The notes under the pieces are model-generated. The model was not told where the DNA came from, made no database searches, and saw nothing but the letters and a program-made list of their open reading frames with translations. A program made the translations under genes and the position numbers. DNA of 30,574 nucleotides from a virus (Duplodnaviria; Caudoviricetes), in the IMG/VR virus record IMGVR_UViG_3300012347_000187, positions 1 through 30,574 of that record, one strand, 5' to 3'. Within the stretch, counting starts at the first letter, position 1. Each line of letters starts with the position of its first letter. Shown here piece after piece: positions 1-9,425 of the stretch.

Positions 1-658
1 GGAGTGAGTAGGATGCAATGTTAAAAGGCACGCCTAAGAACATATCGCATGAGCGCTGGTACATTTGGCAACTCAACTTGTTGTCTGCACTAACATAAAA
101 CTGAGCAAAACAGTGGCACGGTGGCAGGGCCATAGCTTTCAACTCGCCTGGGTTCCATGCAGATATAATATGTCGTCGTCCGTGTGGGTCTGCTTTAATT
201 CCGTTGATAAGATCTAATAATTGATCAACTTCATGTCTGTCAGCGGCTACTCGCACACCGCCTAAGTGGGCAGGACCCATGTCTTTTTGCTCTTTATATT
301 GGCGCCAGTGTCTCCACTGTACTCCGTAAACTCGTCCGAGGTCTCCTTCAAACTCTGCTCGTGGAGTCCAATAATCAGCTCTAGCGTTATCGGTCCAGAT
401 AGTTGTCTTGCTAGAGTCACGAGTTCCATGTAGTATCTCAGCGAGTCGTCTTTCATCGCCTGATCCTTCAATAAACCACAGTAACTCAGATACTACGCTG
501 CGCCAAGCTAGCTTCTTTGTTGTTACTGCGGGAAATGATTCTGCTAGGTTATAGCGTTGCTGCATACCAAAGTGGCTAATAGTGCCAGTTCCGGTACGGT
601 CTGATTTGGGAGTACCTTGATTAAGTACTTGTTCTAACGCGGTTAAAAATTGGTTCAT
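1..658 (-). CDS. thyA: Thymidylate synthase (3' end outside window; missed by ORF track)
   Basis: Hand translation from ATG at 658: [26 protein letters not shown]...[11 protein letters not shown]...ELLWF...SAWNPGE..MALPPCH...[18 protein letters not shown]. These are the canonical ThyA motifs. Overlaps the DHFR 3' end. Confidence 0.97.
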   Translation of the reverse strand, partial: MNQFLTALEQVLNQGTPKSDRTGTGTISHFGMQQRYNLAESFPAVTTKKLAWRSVVSELLWFIEGSGDERRLAEILHGTRDSSKTTIWTDNARADYWTPRAEFEGDLGRVYGVQWRHWRQYKEQKDMGPAHLGGVRVAADRHEVDQLLDLINGIKADPHGRRHIISAWNPGELKAMALPPCHCFAQFYVSADNKLSCQMYQRSCDMFLGVPFNIASYSL

Positions 659-1127
659 ATCTGATTAATGTAGATTTAATGTCTTCGTTGACACTGGCAC
701 GGACTGGAGTGAATCCGGCAAGGAAACTCTTTAGGTCTATTCGTGTATCTATTTTATATGAACCCTTGAAGTGTGTCAAGTGTACTTCGTCGTATATGTC
801 GCGGCATTCGTTCAAAATATCTGGCCCGCCAACGACCCAAATAGTTTTACCCTCGTGCAACTTTTCTAACTTCAGTACTTCGTCGACTAGGTTACCTTTG
901 ATCTGTCCTGCGTATGGAACCAATCTATTACTTGCTACATATACTGTGCGCCCAGGCAGGGGCTTTGGCATTTTTGGATCGTCCCAACTACGGCGACCCA
1001 TTACAACAACGTGCCCTGTAGTAAGACGTTGGAAGTTTGCCATATCCGGTTTATTATGAGGCCATGGCAATCCGCCATTAAACCCCATGCCGCCGAACTG
1101 GTCGACGGCAAAGAGTGCTTTTATCAT
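621..1127 (-). CDS. folA: Dihydrofolate reductase
   Basis: [24 protein letters not shown] and VVGG motifs; adjacent to thyA. Confidence 0.93.
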   Translation of the reverse strand: MIKALFAVDQFGGMGFNGGLPWPHNKPDMANFQRLTTGHVVVMGRRSWDDPKMPKPLPGRTVYVASNRLVPYAGQIKGNLVDEVLKLEKLHEGKTIWVVGGPDILNECRDIYDEVHLTHFKGSYKIDTRIDLKSFLAGFTPVRASVNEDIKSTLIRYEPIFNRVRTST

Positions 1128-1130
1128 AGT

Positions 1131-1475
1131 TTATAGGTCTTTAAGAATACTGTCAGTGATGGGCTGAATAACTTTTGCCACTGAGTCTACACTGATATAA
1201 AAATCAACATCGTCGATGATATGATCCAATGATTGCAATTTGCTTTGAATCATATACTCAATTAATTCAGGGTCGTTGCCTTCTGCAATTAACTGACGTA
1301 CATCAATAATTACACTAGTCCCGTCCCTGAGATTAACTTGAATGGACTCCATACAATTAATAGGAGCGTCTTTTGCTTCTACTTCTTTAAGTATGTTAGT
1401 CCATTGCTCCTTTTTGCTAACCTTAAGCCGCTTGCTTTTTGGTTGTCGTGGTTTTTTTGGTTTTTGTTCTGACAT
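1131..1475 (-). CDS. Hypothetical protein, basic N-terminus
   Basis: 114-aa ORF tightly packed in the operon. Confidence 0.7.
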   Translation of the reverse strand: MSEQKPKKPRQPKSKRLKVSKKEQWTNILKEVEAKDAPINCMESIQVNLRDGTSVIIDVRQLIAEGNDPELIEYMIQSKLQSLDHIIDDVDFYISVDSVAKVIQPITDSILKDL

Positions 1476-2100
1476 TTTTAGTAGGTGCTAATTCGTTAGC
1501 TTCGGTTTCAAGACGTGCTGCTTCTGCTAATAGTTGTTCTGCTTGACGCTTCATTTGAGCTGCCTGCTCAACACGTTGCGCTGCCAAGTCTGCATCGCTT
1601 AAAAAGCCAGACTCTGGGAGAGCTACTTCGCCTGCACGGCTATTTGGGGGAGCACCTACTTCGGATTCAACAACTCGTTGTTTGTTGGTCTTTTTCTGCC
1701 CTACCATTCCTTTGCTTGAATCCAATTCAGCCATGCGCTTGATTGCTTCTTCGCCTTGTGCCATTTCGTTTAGTAACTTGTTAAGTTCATCTAAACGGAT
1801 AGTAGTTTTGTTATTTGGGGTAACAATAACTTGGTTAGTTGGCACTTTCTTTAACCATCCACTGCGATGCAATGAGTTAAGCAATTTGTTGCCTTCATTG
1901 TCTAGTGTGCGGAATAGCACATCTGCTAGGTCCGGTGTGCTTTGACCTTCTGGGCTTTCAACAGCTCGCATTAGGTTGTCATGGATCGCACGTGGCAACG
2001 GCTCACTATATACGATCAATGCCATGTGTTCTTCGTTTGGTAAAGAGCGGTAAACGATTACTGCTTTTTGTTGGTTATGTCTTGCTACATGTTTTAGCAT
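1423..2100 (-). CDS. Hypothetical protein with coiled-coil C-terminus
   Basis: Start moved to ATG 2100 (GGAG SD upstream; MLKHVARH). Confidence 0.75.
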   Translation of the reverse strand: MLKHVARHNQQKAVIVYRSLPNEEHMALIVYSEPLPRAIHDNLMRAVESPEGQSTPDLADVLFRTLDNEGNKLLNSLHRSGWLKKVPTNQVIVTPNNKTTIRLDELNKLLNEMAQGEEAIKRMAELDSSKGMVGQKKTNKQRVVESEVGAPPNSRAGEVALPESGFLSDADLAAQRVEQAAQMKRQAEQLLAEAARLETEANELAPTKNVRTKTKKTTTTKKQAA

Positions 2101-2101
2101 G

Positions 2102-2332
2102 TTATTCTCCTGTTTGGGGTTCAGCTGGTTCAGCAGCTTTGATTGCGCCACTAGCAGTTAGAAACGAAACCAAGCGATCGTATAGACCACCAATGTTGCT
2201 CATTTCTTCTGCACGGAATGCGCCACGTTGGCTAACAACTTGTAGCGTATGCACTACTAACAGCAAGTCTTGGATGCTTAGGTTAGCTGGGACTTCGCTT
2301 GGTGTAGTTTGTTCTGTGGTGTTTTGATCCAT
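2102..2332 (-). CDS. Hypothetical protein
   Basis: 76 aa with a GGAG SD that lies inside an inverted repeat. Confidence 0.75.
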   Translation of the reverse strand: MDQNTTEQTTPSEVPANLSIQDLLLVVHTLQVVSQRGAFRAEEMSNIGGLYDRLVSFLTASGAIKAAEPAEPQTGE

Positions 2333-2333
2333 T

Positions 2334-2399
2334 AAATTCTCCGTGTGTTATAGATTAATAACTAAAGTTATTTAACCTCTAACAATGCACGGAGAATTT
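2334..2399 (-). promoter_or_regulatory. RBS-occluding hairpin enclosing a TAAATA late-promoter-like motif
   Basis: Perfect 12-bp inverted repeat aaattctccgtg (2334-2345) / cacggagaattt (2388-2399). TTAAATA lies on the minus strand at 2369-2375. Confidence 0.6.
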
Positions 2400-2403
2400 T
2401 TTT

Positions 2404-2694
2404 TTAAACCAGGGACTGGTGTTCGTTGATTTGATCTAACTGGAGAGCAAAGTAACTGGCCTCCCCGCTGTTCTCAAATGCAGCACACTTGACAATAGTT
2501 GCGCTACCACTAGTAGAAAGAACATAACGATCTCCTACATAAAACCGACCTAGCAAATTGGTATATATCCAGTCTGCAATTTCTTTGTCGGTTACTCTTG
2601 CATCAAATTCCACACGGGTAAAATGTGGAGGGCAGTGTTCAACTCTACGCAAGCCAAACACCGCCAACGGATTAACCTCTCCGTATTTCAACAT
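2404..2694 (-). CDS. Hypothetical protein
   Basis: 96 aa; TAATG-coupled to the upstream gene. Confidence 0.7.
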   Translation of the reverse strand: MLKYGEVNPLAVFGLRRVEHCPPHFTRVEFDARVTDKEIADWIYTNLLGRFYVGDRYVLSTSGSATIVKCAAFENSGEASYFALQLDQINEHQSLV

Positions 2695-3386
2695 TAGTCG
2701 TCCTTGCCGGGAGCAACACCAATTAACTGTAGCAAGTTAACAAACAAGTTAATAAAGTCAAGATACAGAGTAATTGCACCCATGATTTCAACCGCAATGC
2801 TATTCTCATCTGCCACACTTACCATCTCACGGATTTGTTGCGTGTCGTATGCAGTAAAGCCCAGGAAGACTACAATAGCAATCGCACTAATCACCATTTG
2901 CATTACTGTGCTGCCAATAAACAGGTTAATGACACTAGCAATGATGATTGCAATTAGCGCAACAAATAGCATCTGTCCCATGCCACTTAGATCCTGTTTA
3001 GTGAAGTAGCCATAAACGCTCATAACACCAAACAGCACAGCCGCACCCATGAATGCAGTAAAGATACTAGTCATTGCATACACAATGAAGATAGCACTTA
3101 GGCTCAAGCCCATAAGTCCAGCAAAGCCATGCAGTGTAGCAACAGCAACAGGTGCTGGCGGGTTACTGTTTAGAATAACCGGGACAATAAAGATAAACAC
3201 CAGTGGGGCAAAGATGACCACCCAGTGCATTGCGCCGGTTAAGAAAAACTTAGCCAGCTCAGGTGTAGTACCTACAACATAGCTAACCAACATACTAGTA
3301 AGTACAGCACACATCATGTGGAAGTACACTCGCCCCATTGCGGCATTAATAGCCGGGGCATCACGATAAACACCAGTTGCAAACAT
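2694..3386 (-). CDS. Bax inhibitor-1/YccA family membrane protein
   Basis: About 7 hydrophobic segments; AYDTQ and LYLDFINLF signature motifs. Confidence 0.93.
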   Translation of the reverse strand: MFATGVYRDAPAINAAMGRVYFHMMCAVLTSMLVSYVVGTTPELAKFFLTGAMHWVVIFAPLVFIFIVPVILNSNPPAPVAVATLHGFAGLMGLSLSAIFIVYAMTSIFTAFMGAAVLFGVMSVYGYFTKQDLSGMGQMLFVALIAIIIASVINLFIGSTVMQMVISAIAIVVFLGFTAYDTQQIREMVSVADENSIAVEIMGAITLYLDFINLFVNLLQLIGVAPGKDD

Positions 3387-3706
3387 TATGCAGTCTCCTT
3401 TTTAAGTGCATCAGTATCAAGCTCGCCTGTGATCACGGTGAGTTTCATTTCACCGTGATCGGGTTGCTCGATTGTAATCTTACGTTCCAAACATTCGTCT
3501 GCTTGACGCATAAAGCCTTCAAGCAATTCGAATTGTCGAGTAATGCTTGCAATTTCGCAAGCACGACTCAGGTCTTCAAGACGCATCTCAAGTTCTAAGA
3601 TACGCTCAACCGCCGCTTCCACGGACTCGGGTGCGTTGTGATAAGTGACTTGAGGCATCGCAGGGATGTCTTTTTCTGCCACGACTGTGGTTCCGCTATT
3701 GCTCAT
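3386..3706 (-). CDS. Hypothetical protein
   Basis: Likely start MSNSGTT at 3706, immediately after the VWA gene stop. Confidence 0.65.
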   Translation of the reverse strand: MSNSGTTVVAEKDIPAMPQVTYHNAPESVEAAVERILELEMRLEDLSRACEIASITRQFELLEGFMRQADECLERKITIEQPDHGEMKLTVITGELDTDALKKETA

Positions 3707-3707
3707 T

Positions 3708-4970
3708 TTACTTACCCTTTCGTTCTTCTTCGTAGTGTGCCCAAATACCAAATTCGGGTTCTGCGCTTGGGTTACCTTTGATAATCCAAACAGTGTCGCA
3801 ATAGCTTTCTACGTCTTGCGGACGCCAGCCAAAGAAACAGTAGTCAGTAAACATGATCAGCTTTTTAGGCTCGATGTTGTTTTCTTTCAAGTATTCCCAC
3901 ACGCACATAGGATCAGTACCGCCACCGCCTTGTGGGTCGAAAGTAGTAATGTCTTCCATGTTATCGCTAGTGAACTCACCAACGCCGCCGATCTCAGTGT
4001 CCCAGCCCATTACTTTGATCTTGTACTCTGTGTAAGAGTCCATGATACCTTTGATCTCTGAAAAGAAGATCTTCAAGTCGTTTTGTGTAATAGAACCAGA
4101 AGTGTCAATACCAATAACGATATCAATTGTTTCGCCGGGCTTGCTGGCAGGCAAGATTGCGTCCATGTGCCAGCTTTTACGACCGGGACGTGCAAAGGTG
4201 TAGTCGTTCTTGATAGTGCTTTGGATTTGTTGCTCTAACAGCTCTTTCCAGCTGATTTGAGGCTCTGTCAAATCCTTAATCATACGCTTAACACCGCCGG
4301 GCACGTTGCCTGCGCCAACTGCTTGAGCAGCTTGCAACACAGCTTCTTTGATCTCGTCGCGAATAGCTTGACGTTCTTCTTTGCTCAACTTTGGACGACC
4401 GCCGTTGCCTTCTTGATCGCCATCACCGTCACCCTCGCCATCACCATCACCGTCCAAGTGCTCGTCTAAGACCTGCTTGGCCAATTGGTTAATGTCGATC
4501 TTGTTTGCGTTGTTCATCAAGTCTTCGTAGACTTCTTCGGCGCTCATGCCTTTGTACTTTGGATCGTACAACATACCGCACACGGTAATCTTTTCACCAA
4601 TGCGTTGTTCAATCAAATCACTGTTAACGCAGAAGTCGTCAGCAATGTTCCAGATCTTAGGATCACGTGAACCACGACGACCCATATGGTCATACACGGC
4701 GTGCAACACTTCGTGACCTACCAAAAACTCAACTTGCTTGAGTGGCATCTTGTTCACGAACTCTGAGTTGTAATAGAACTTGCGACCGTCTGTTGCCGCA
4801 GTAGGGCACCAGTCGTCAGCATTAACCAAGTTCATGCGGGTTGCAAGGTTACCGAAGAAGGGAGCCTTCAACAGCAAACCAATGCGGGCAGTAATCAATT
4901 TTTCGCGGACTGCTGCGTCCACTTTAGGGTCTGTTTTTGTAACTGGCTTTTTTTCTGCTACATCTGACAT
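3708..4970 (-). CDS. DUF2201-type HExxH putative metallopeptidase fused to a VWA domain (MoxR partner)
   Basis: TAATDG, HEVLH, acidic Gly/Asp linker, MIDAS DTSGS, GGGGTD, FTD. Confidence 0.88.
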   Translation of the reverse strand: MSDVAEKKPVTKTDPKVDAAVREKLITARIGLLLKAPFFGNLATRMNLVNADDWCPTAATDGRKFYYNSEFVNKMPLKQVEFLVGHEVLHAVYDHMGRRGSRDPKIWNIADDFCVNSDLIEQRIGEKITVCGMLYDPKYKGMSAEEVYEDLMNNANKIDINQLAKQVLDEHLDGDGDGEGDGDGDQEGNGGRPKLSKEERQAIRDEIKEAVLQAAQAVGAGNVPGGVKRMIKDLTEPQISWKELLEQQIQSTIKNDYTFARPGRKSWHMDAILPASKPGETIDIVIGIDTSGSITQNDLKIFFSEIKGIMDSYTEYKIKVMGWDTEIGGVGEFTSDNMEDITTFDPQGGGGTDPMCVWEYLKENNIEPKKLIMFTDYCFFGWRPQDVESYCDTVWIIKGNPSAEPEFGIWAHYEEERKGK

Positions 4971-4996
4971 GGGAACTCCTTTTTGTCTATGTGTTT

Positions 4997-5025
4997 ATTA
5001 TACTAAAGATCTCTTTATTTGCCAA
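4997..5025 (-). promoter_or_regulatory. Sigma70-like promoter (repeat family)
   Basis: TTGGCA-17nt-TATAAT; spacer ends GATCTTTAG. Confidence 0.7.
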
Positions 5026-5026
5026 A

Positions 5027-5545
5027 TCACTGCGGTAATACTTGAGTACTACTTTGCGCAGGGGCTGAAGAGTTGGGTTTGAGCGTATATGTCCCGCTAC
5101 ATTGCATCACCGAGCGATCACCAACTTTGAGTACAGCTTTCATGAAGGTAACACCTTTGCTAACCCGACCAACTTCAAGGTGGCTTTCAAGGAAGTCACC
5201 AACTTTTACCACACTCATAAAATCACAATTGATGCTGATAGTAACTACATTATGGCTCAGTGCAGTTGGCTTCATGTCGTGCAAACTGCGAGTTGGGTCC
5301 AGTAACTGATCAATTGCTAACCTGGCGCCGTAATACATTGTAAAGTCTGCAAACGCCATCAGCACACCACCGTGTGCAATTGCCAATTGTGAATCTCTAA
5401 TTAGAGCAGGTGTGATCTGAATACCCCACACAGGCAATGAGTCAGTTTGTTTAATCATCCATGGCCCAAGAATTTTATTAAATGTGCCAGTGAATGGAAT
5501 AGTATGAAAACCTTCCGGGGGTGTAAATTGGGTACTTGGGTTCAT
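5027..5545 (-). CDS. PaaI-type hotdog-fold thioesterase
   Basis: AHGGVLMAFAD motif followed by VTISINCDF...VGD. Confidence 0.8.
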   Translation of the reverse strand: MNPSTQFTPPEGFHTIPFTGTFNKILGPWMIKQTDSLPVWGIQITPALIRDSQLAIAHGGVLMAFADFTMYYGARLAIDQLLDPTRSLHDMKPTALSHNVVTISINCDFMSVVKVGDFLESHLEVGRVSKGVTFMKAVLKVGDRSVMQCSGTYTLKPNSSAPAQSSTQVLPQ

Positions 5546-5611
5546 AAAATTTCTAAAAGAAAAAGGAGGACTTACGGTATTGCTACCTGCCTCCGGTCCG
5601 TGACTAGCGGA

Positions 5612-6712
5612 TTACTTGCCAGACGCTGCGATAATGTACTTACCGAAACGCTTGTGGAACTCGTCAAAGTTCTTCATCTTGCCTGGGACCATTGGCAAGT
5701 TGTAAGTAGTCAACGCTACTCGGGCACCCATCACAACCAATTCAGTTGTGAAGTTGGACATCATAAAGCCCAGGAAAGCGTCAGCTTGGGCATGCCAATC
5801 TGCAATCTTGTCCTTGCCCAACTTCTTGTAGTTGTCTTGCAACTCGTAGCACAAGCTGATGGTCAAAGAGTACATAGCCGACACTTCTTTAACTTTCAAC
5901 TCAGTTACTTTGCCTGTCAAGATGTCGCTTGGGTTAGGCATCTGACCAGCAACCTTGCGGTGTGCCATGAACTTAACTGCCAAACCTTCGCCAACAGTAC
6001 CTGCGATCAAGTCAGTCAACTCTGCGTCAGTGGCATCGTCGTCGTACAAGAAGTCAGACACAAAGCTCCAGCTACGTGGGGTAGCAAACGCACGGCTTGC
6101 ACTCTTTGGATCAAAGTCAAACAAGTCTTGTTTGGCAAAGCTCAAGTAACCAACCACGTCCTTGTGGACTTTCTTGCCCACAGCCCAAGTCTGCCAAGAT
6201 TCGAAGTCCTGGCGCACTTCCAAGTGAACGAAACGGTTAGCCAATGGGCTAGGCATACGGTAAGTAACACCTTTGTCGCTTTCGCGGTTACCAGCAGCCA
6301 CAATAACAACGTTATCAGGCAACTTGTACTTACCGATACGGCGGTTCAAAATCAACTGGTAACCAGCAGCCTGCACAGCAGGAGCGGCACTGTTCATTTC
6401 GTCCAAGAACAACACAACCACTGGGAATTGGCTAGCCAACTCGTCATCGGGCAAGTCGATTGGGGGAGCCCAATCCATCTTTTCGTTGTTTTTGTTGAAG
6501 AACGGAATACCACGGATGTCAGTGGGTTCCATTTGGCCCAGGCGCAAGTCAATCATATGACCGCCGAGTTCTTCGGTGATGCCTGCAACGACTTCGGACT
6601 TGCCGATGCCGGGAGGGCCCCACAGGAACAATGGACGCTTGTTTTTAAATGCTCGCAGAATACGAGATTTGGCTTCTGCTGGGGTAACGCTACGGCTTTC
6701 AGTCACGGACAT
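5612..6712 (-). CDS. MoxR-type AAA+ ATPase
   Basis: Walker A GPPGIGKS, Walker B LFLDE, sensor AAGN, PLANRF, TPRSW. Confidence 0.92.
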   Translation of the reverse strand: MSVTESRSVTPAEAKSRILRAFKNKRPLFLWGPPGIGKSEVVAGITEELGGHMIDLRLGQMEPTDIRGIPFFNKNNEKMDWAPPIDLPDDELASQFPVVVLFLDEMNSAAPAVQAAGYQLILNRRIGKYKLPDNVVIVAAGNRESDKGVTYRMPSPLANRFVHLEVRQDFESWQTWAVGKKVHKDVVGYLSFAKQDLFDFDPKSASRAFATPRSWSFVSDFLYDDDATDAELTDLIAGTVGEGLAVKFMAHRKVAGQMPNPSDILTGKVTELKVKEVSAMYSLTISLCYELQDNYKKLGKDKIADWHAQADAFLGFMMSNFTTELVVMGARVALTTYNLPMVPGKMKNFDEFHKRFGKYIIAASGK

Positions 6713-6757
6713 TTAGAACTCCTTTAAAAAAATGTCTTTGTTTGCTAATCAGTCTTT

Positions 6758-6786
6758 AGTATACTAAAGATGTCTTTATTTGTCTG
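6758..6786 (-). promoter_or_regulatory. Sigma70-like promoter (degenerate repeat-family member)
   Basis: CAGACA-17-TATACT with a spacer like that at 4997-5025. Confidence 0.5.
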
Positions 6787-6815
6787 TTGTATTTTTGCAA
6801 CTTTGACAAATTATT

Positions 6816-7037
6816 TTACACACGGGCGGCGTAAACCACACCAGGTGTACCCTTGGGCGCTTTGAGTGGCACACGGCCAAACAAATCGTTGGTTTGGTAG
6901 TAAACTGGGGCTGGGGTAGCAACAGGGCGGCCACGCTTGCCAGTTTTAACTTTGACGGGAGCGCCGTCGATGTCTTCGTAGCCATAAGCACCGTAGTGGA
7001 TAAGGCCAGTTTTTGTTTTAACGATACGAGCTTGCAT
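6816..7037 (-). CDS. Small basic hypothetical protein
   Basis: 73 aa with its own promoter and AAGGA SD; contains an AT-hook-like KRGRP. Confidence 0.65.
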   Translation of the reverse strand: MQARIVKTKTGLIHYGAYGYEDIDGAPVKVKTGKRGRPVATPAPVYYQTNDLFGRVPLKAPKGTPGVVYAARV

Positions 7038-7065
7038 TGTATGCTTCCTTTGTTGCTATGTGTTT

Positions 7066-7094
7066 ATTATACTAATGATTGCCTTTTCGGGCAA
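7066..7094 (-). promoter_or_regulatory. Sigma70-like promoter (repeat family)
   Basis: TTGCCC-GAAAAGGCAATCATTAG-TATAAT. Confidence 0.75.
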
Positions 7095-7095
7095 A

Positions 7096-7380
7096 TCACA
7101 TGGACCAGTAGGTTTCGCTAGCAGGGTTGCAACACCAAGGGGTGTCATGTGCAATTTCCACATCCTTGCCGGTCATCAAGTTCTTTACTACTTTAGTAGT
7201 AGGAACGTACTCGAAACGAAACATGGGCACAGGGTACAAGCCGCTGAAAACCAATTCATGCACTTCGCGCACCATACCAGCATGGGTACGATCACGCCAC
7301 ACTGTGGTGCTAAACAAACGCTCACCTGTTTTGGTGCGACGATCTGTTTTGTAGATGTACATGGTCCAATTTTGTTTCAC
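7096..7380 (-). CDS. Hypothetical phage protein (C-terminal TPWCCNPASETYWSM)
   Basis: Likely GTG start at 7380 behind an AAGGAG SD. Confidence 0.7.
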   Translation of the reverse strand: MKQNWTMYIYKTDRRTKTGERLFSTTVWRDRTHAGMVREVHELVFSGLYPVPMFRFEYVPTTKVVKNLMTGKDVEIAHDTPWCCNPASETYWSM

Positions 7381-7410
7381 GGTAGACTCCTTTTTGCTGT
7401 CCATGTGTTT

Positions 7411-7439
7411 ATTATACTAATGATTGCCTTTTCGGACAA
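7411..7439 (-). promoter_or_regulatory. Sigma70-like promoter (repeat family)
   Basis: TTGTCC-GAAAAGGCAATCATTAG-TATAAT; 7403-7435 is identical to 7058-7090. Confidence 0.75.
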
Positions 7440-7448
7440 ATTACAGCC

Positions 7449-7480
7449 AAAAAAAAGCCCCAGATTTGGGGCTAATTTTA
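7449..7480 (-). terminator. Intrinsic terminator
   Basis: agcccca/tggggct hairpin with a U8 tract on the minus strand. Confidence 0.7.
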
Positions 7481-7495
7481 CGGTAATACTAAATG

Positions 7496-8311
7496 TTACT
7501 TTTTAGACATTGCTGCCAATACCTGTTTAAGTTTGACTGGACCTTGACTACGATCAAGCTCTTGGGCTACATATTTAAACATCGCTGGATTGTTTTTAAT
7601 TATGTTGCGTTTTTTAAAGCATCCTTCTTCAAGTCCCTCTCGGGTCAAAATAGCTTCTCCGTTATAACACCTTAATCCCAATGCCACCCGGTGCGTGTCT
7701 CCTGGTTGGGAACGATGGATTATGTCTTGTCGCATCAGCAATAGGTCGCCGGCATTCAGTACCGGACTTACTGCAACATCTTCTAAGCTCATGTTTATGG
7801 TCCATCTACGACCATCAGTGTAGTCGGAGATTAATGTACTCCCGTCTTTGCATAAAAATTCTTTTGCCGCAATGCCAACAAGTCCTTTGCGCATGTCTTC
7901 TGGCAGTTTGTCAAATTGCACAACTGCCAGCCCCGAAGCTGCTGGGTCATCTTTGAATATGGGCATCCAAAAATTAAGTGCATGGTACGAATCTTGCTGG
8001 AAGTAGTGCGGATCAGGATCTTGATGCCAACCAAAACTAATTAGATTAGTATCATAATATGATGCACCCGATGGTATGCTGTCAACTCTAAGTGAAGTAT
8101 TTTTGCATACCTCTGCTAGAGTATTTTGTATCTTGTTGTTAAGATGTTGGATGTTTTTTGTTATTAGAAATTTATAATTTTGATTAACAAATCTAGTTGT
8201 GTTGTCTAAGACCAACTGGTAATCTTGGCGACACGCTTCTAATTCCACAGAGTTTAAATATCCAGGAATAACAACGAATCCCCTTGTTTCTAATAGAGTA
8301 TAGTCGATCAT
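7496..8311 (-). CDS. PhyH-like 2OG-Fe(II) dioxygenase
   Basis: GFVVIPGYL, WHQD, NFWMP, AGDLLL...IIHRS...RVA; likely start MIDY at 8311. Confidence 0.75.
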   Translation of the reverse strand: MIDYTLLETRGFVVIPGYLNSVELEACRQDYQLVLDNTTRFVNQNYKFLITKNIQHLNNKIQNTLAEVCKNTSLRVDSIPSGASYYDTNLISFGWHQDPDPHYFQQDSYHALNFWMPIFKDDPAASGLAVVQFDKLPEDMRKGLVGIAAKEFLCKDGSTLISDYTDGRRWTINMSLEDVAVSPVLNAGDLLLMRQDIIHRSQPGDTHRVALGLRCYNGEAILTREGLEEGCFKKRNIIKNNPAMFKYVAQELDRSQGPVKLKQVLAAMSKK

Positions 8312-8312
8312 G

Positions 8313-8852
8313 CTATTTGTTAAATATTTTTTTAATACGACCAAAGGTTGCATTGTCTCCAGTTACTGGGTCCTCAACGACCATACTGTAACACCAGCGC
8401 TCGTCTCCTGGGTTAACAATGTTGTGGGGTATTCCTGCTTGAACTAAACTTGGATTCACAATAGTGTTGGTGTGCAGTAATTTAACATCAGCAGGGTCAA
8501 ACACATTGTAGTTACTGCCAACAGGAGTGATTAATTTTTCTTTAATGGTATTGTTGATCACTCGGTACCAGTGCATAGTACATCCTGCTCCCCCAAATAC
8601 CCAATTGATTTTACTGCGATCTCCTGGTCCATTGTCGATGTGTATTCCCAGGGTATACGGAGTTGCAGGCGGCCCGTAAAATAGTTCCACACGTTTGAGA
8701 ATCAAATTATTGCGTTCCATAAGGTCGAACCAATAGGGGTTTATAACTGATGTATCAACATCCACGTGACAACGCTCGGGATAGTGTGGGTGTTGATAGC
8801 CTTCTACAAATAGTGGGGTATCATCATCAAGATGAATACAAAATGCGCTCAT
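8313..8852 (-). CDS. Cupin/2OG-Fe(II)-oxygenase-like protein
   Basis: IHID...KINW...PHNIVN...RWCYS pattern; ends in TAG. Confidence 0.6.
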   Translation of the reverse strand: MSAFCIHLDDDTPLFVEGYQHPHYPERCHVDVDTSVINPYWFDLMERNNLILKRVELFYGPPATPYTLGIHIDNGPGDRSKINWVFGGAGCTMHWYRVINNTIKEKLITPVGSNYNVFDPADVKLLHTNTIVNPSLVQAGIPHNIVNPGDERWCYSMVVEDPVTGDNATFGRIKKIFNK

Positions 8853-8870
8853 GCAAATATTTATCGTGAG

Positions 8871-8893
8871 AAAAGGGGCCGAAGCCCCTTTTT
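8871..8893. terminator. Bidirectional intrinsic terminator after ahpD
   Basis: aaaaggggc-cgaa-gccccttttt. Confidence 0.8.
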
Positions 8894-8906
8894 CCTTTGC
8901 TCTAGA

Positions 8907-9425
8907 TTAACTAGCGACTACTCTAGCAACGCTGGTGATTACTGCGGCAATACGACCAATGTCACGAAGTTGTTCTACAGTGTAGCCCATCTTCTTCAAT
9001 CCTTCGTAGTGTGCTTTCACACAGAAGTGACATTTGCCTACAATGCTTGCAGCCAAACTGTATGCTTCAAAACGTTCAGCAGTTGTGCCACCGTGACTTG
9101 CGATAGCATTCATGCGTAACTGTGCTGGTAAACCCTTCAAGTTCTCATCGTCGGCCATTTCAACAAATGGATACCAAATGTTGTTTTGCGCCATCAGCGC
9201 ACCTGCTGTTAGTGCGGCTTGTGTTTCAGTCTTGTTAGCAATTTGACTTTCCATCCAAGTCCACAATTTGCTGTTACCAGTTGCAAAAGCTGCCGCTAGG
9301 GCAACAGCTTCTGCTTCTTCAACAGGTAGAGTGCTACGCTTGATTACCGCGTCAATGTTGAGCTTGGTATCCTTTGCATAGTCGGGAATACTAGATTCCT
9401 TTAGTGCGTCTACCCATGCAGTCAT
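8907..9425 (-). CDS. ahpD: Alkyl hydroperoxide reductase D
   Basis: IPDYAKD, MAQNN, LRMN, CHFCVKAH; TAATG-coupled to ahpC, start 9425. Confidence 0.92.
   Translation of the reverse strand: MTAWVDALKESSIPDYAKDTKLNIDAVIKRSTLPVEEAEAVALAAAFATGNSKLWTWMESQIANKTETQAALTAGALMAQNNIWYPFVEMADDENLKGLPAQLRMNAIASHGGTTAERFEAYSLAASIVGKCHFCVKAHYEGLKKMGYTVEQLRDIGRIAAVITSVARVVAS

Noticed and set aside
262-471. 69-aa minus-strand ORF
   Set aside because: It is an alternative frame inside thyA.
5447-6727. 426-aa plus-strand ORF
   Set aside because: It is an antisense shadow of the codon-biased MoxR gene with no motifs; the same applies to the other plus-strand ORFs.
7058-7440. CRISPR array from the 33-nt direct repeats
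   Set aside because: The repeats are promoters separated by whole genes, and there are no cas genes.
7496-8852. Amber read-through fusion of the two oxygenase genes
   Set aside because: The downstream ATG is in a different frame (TAG-C-ATG).
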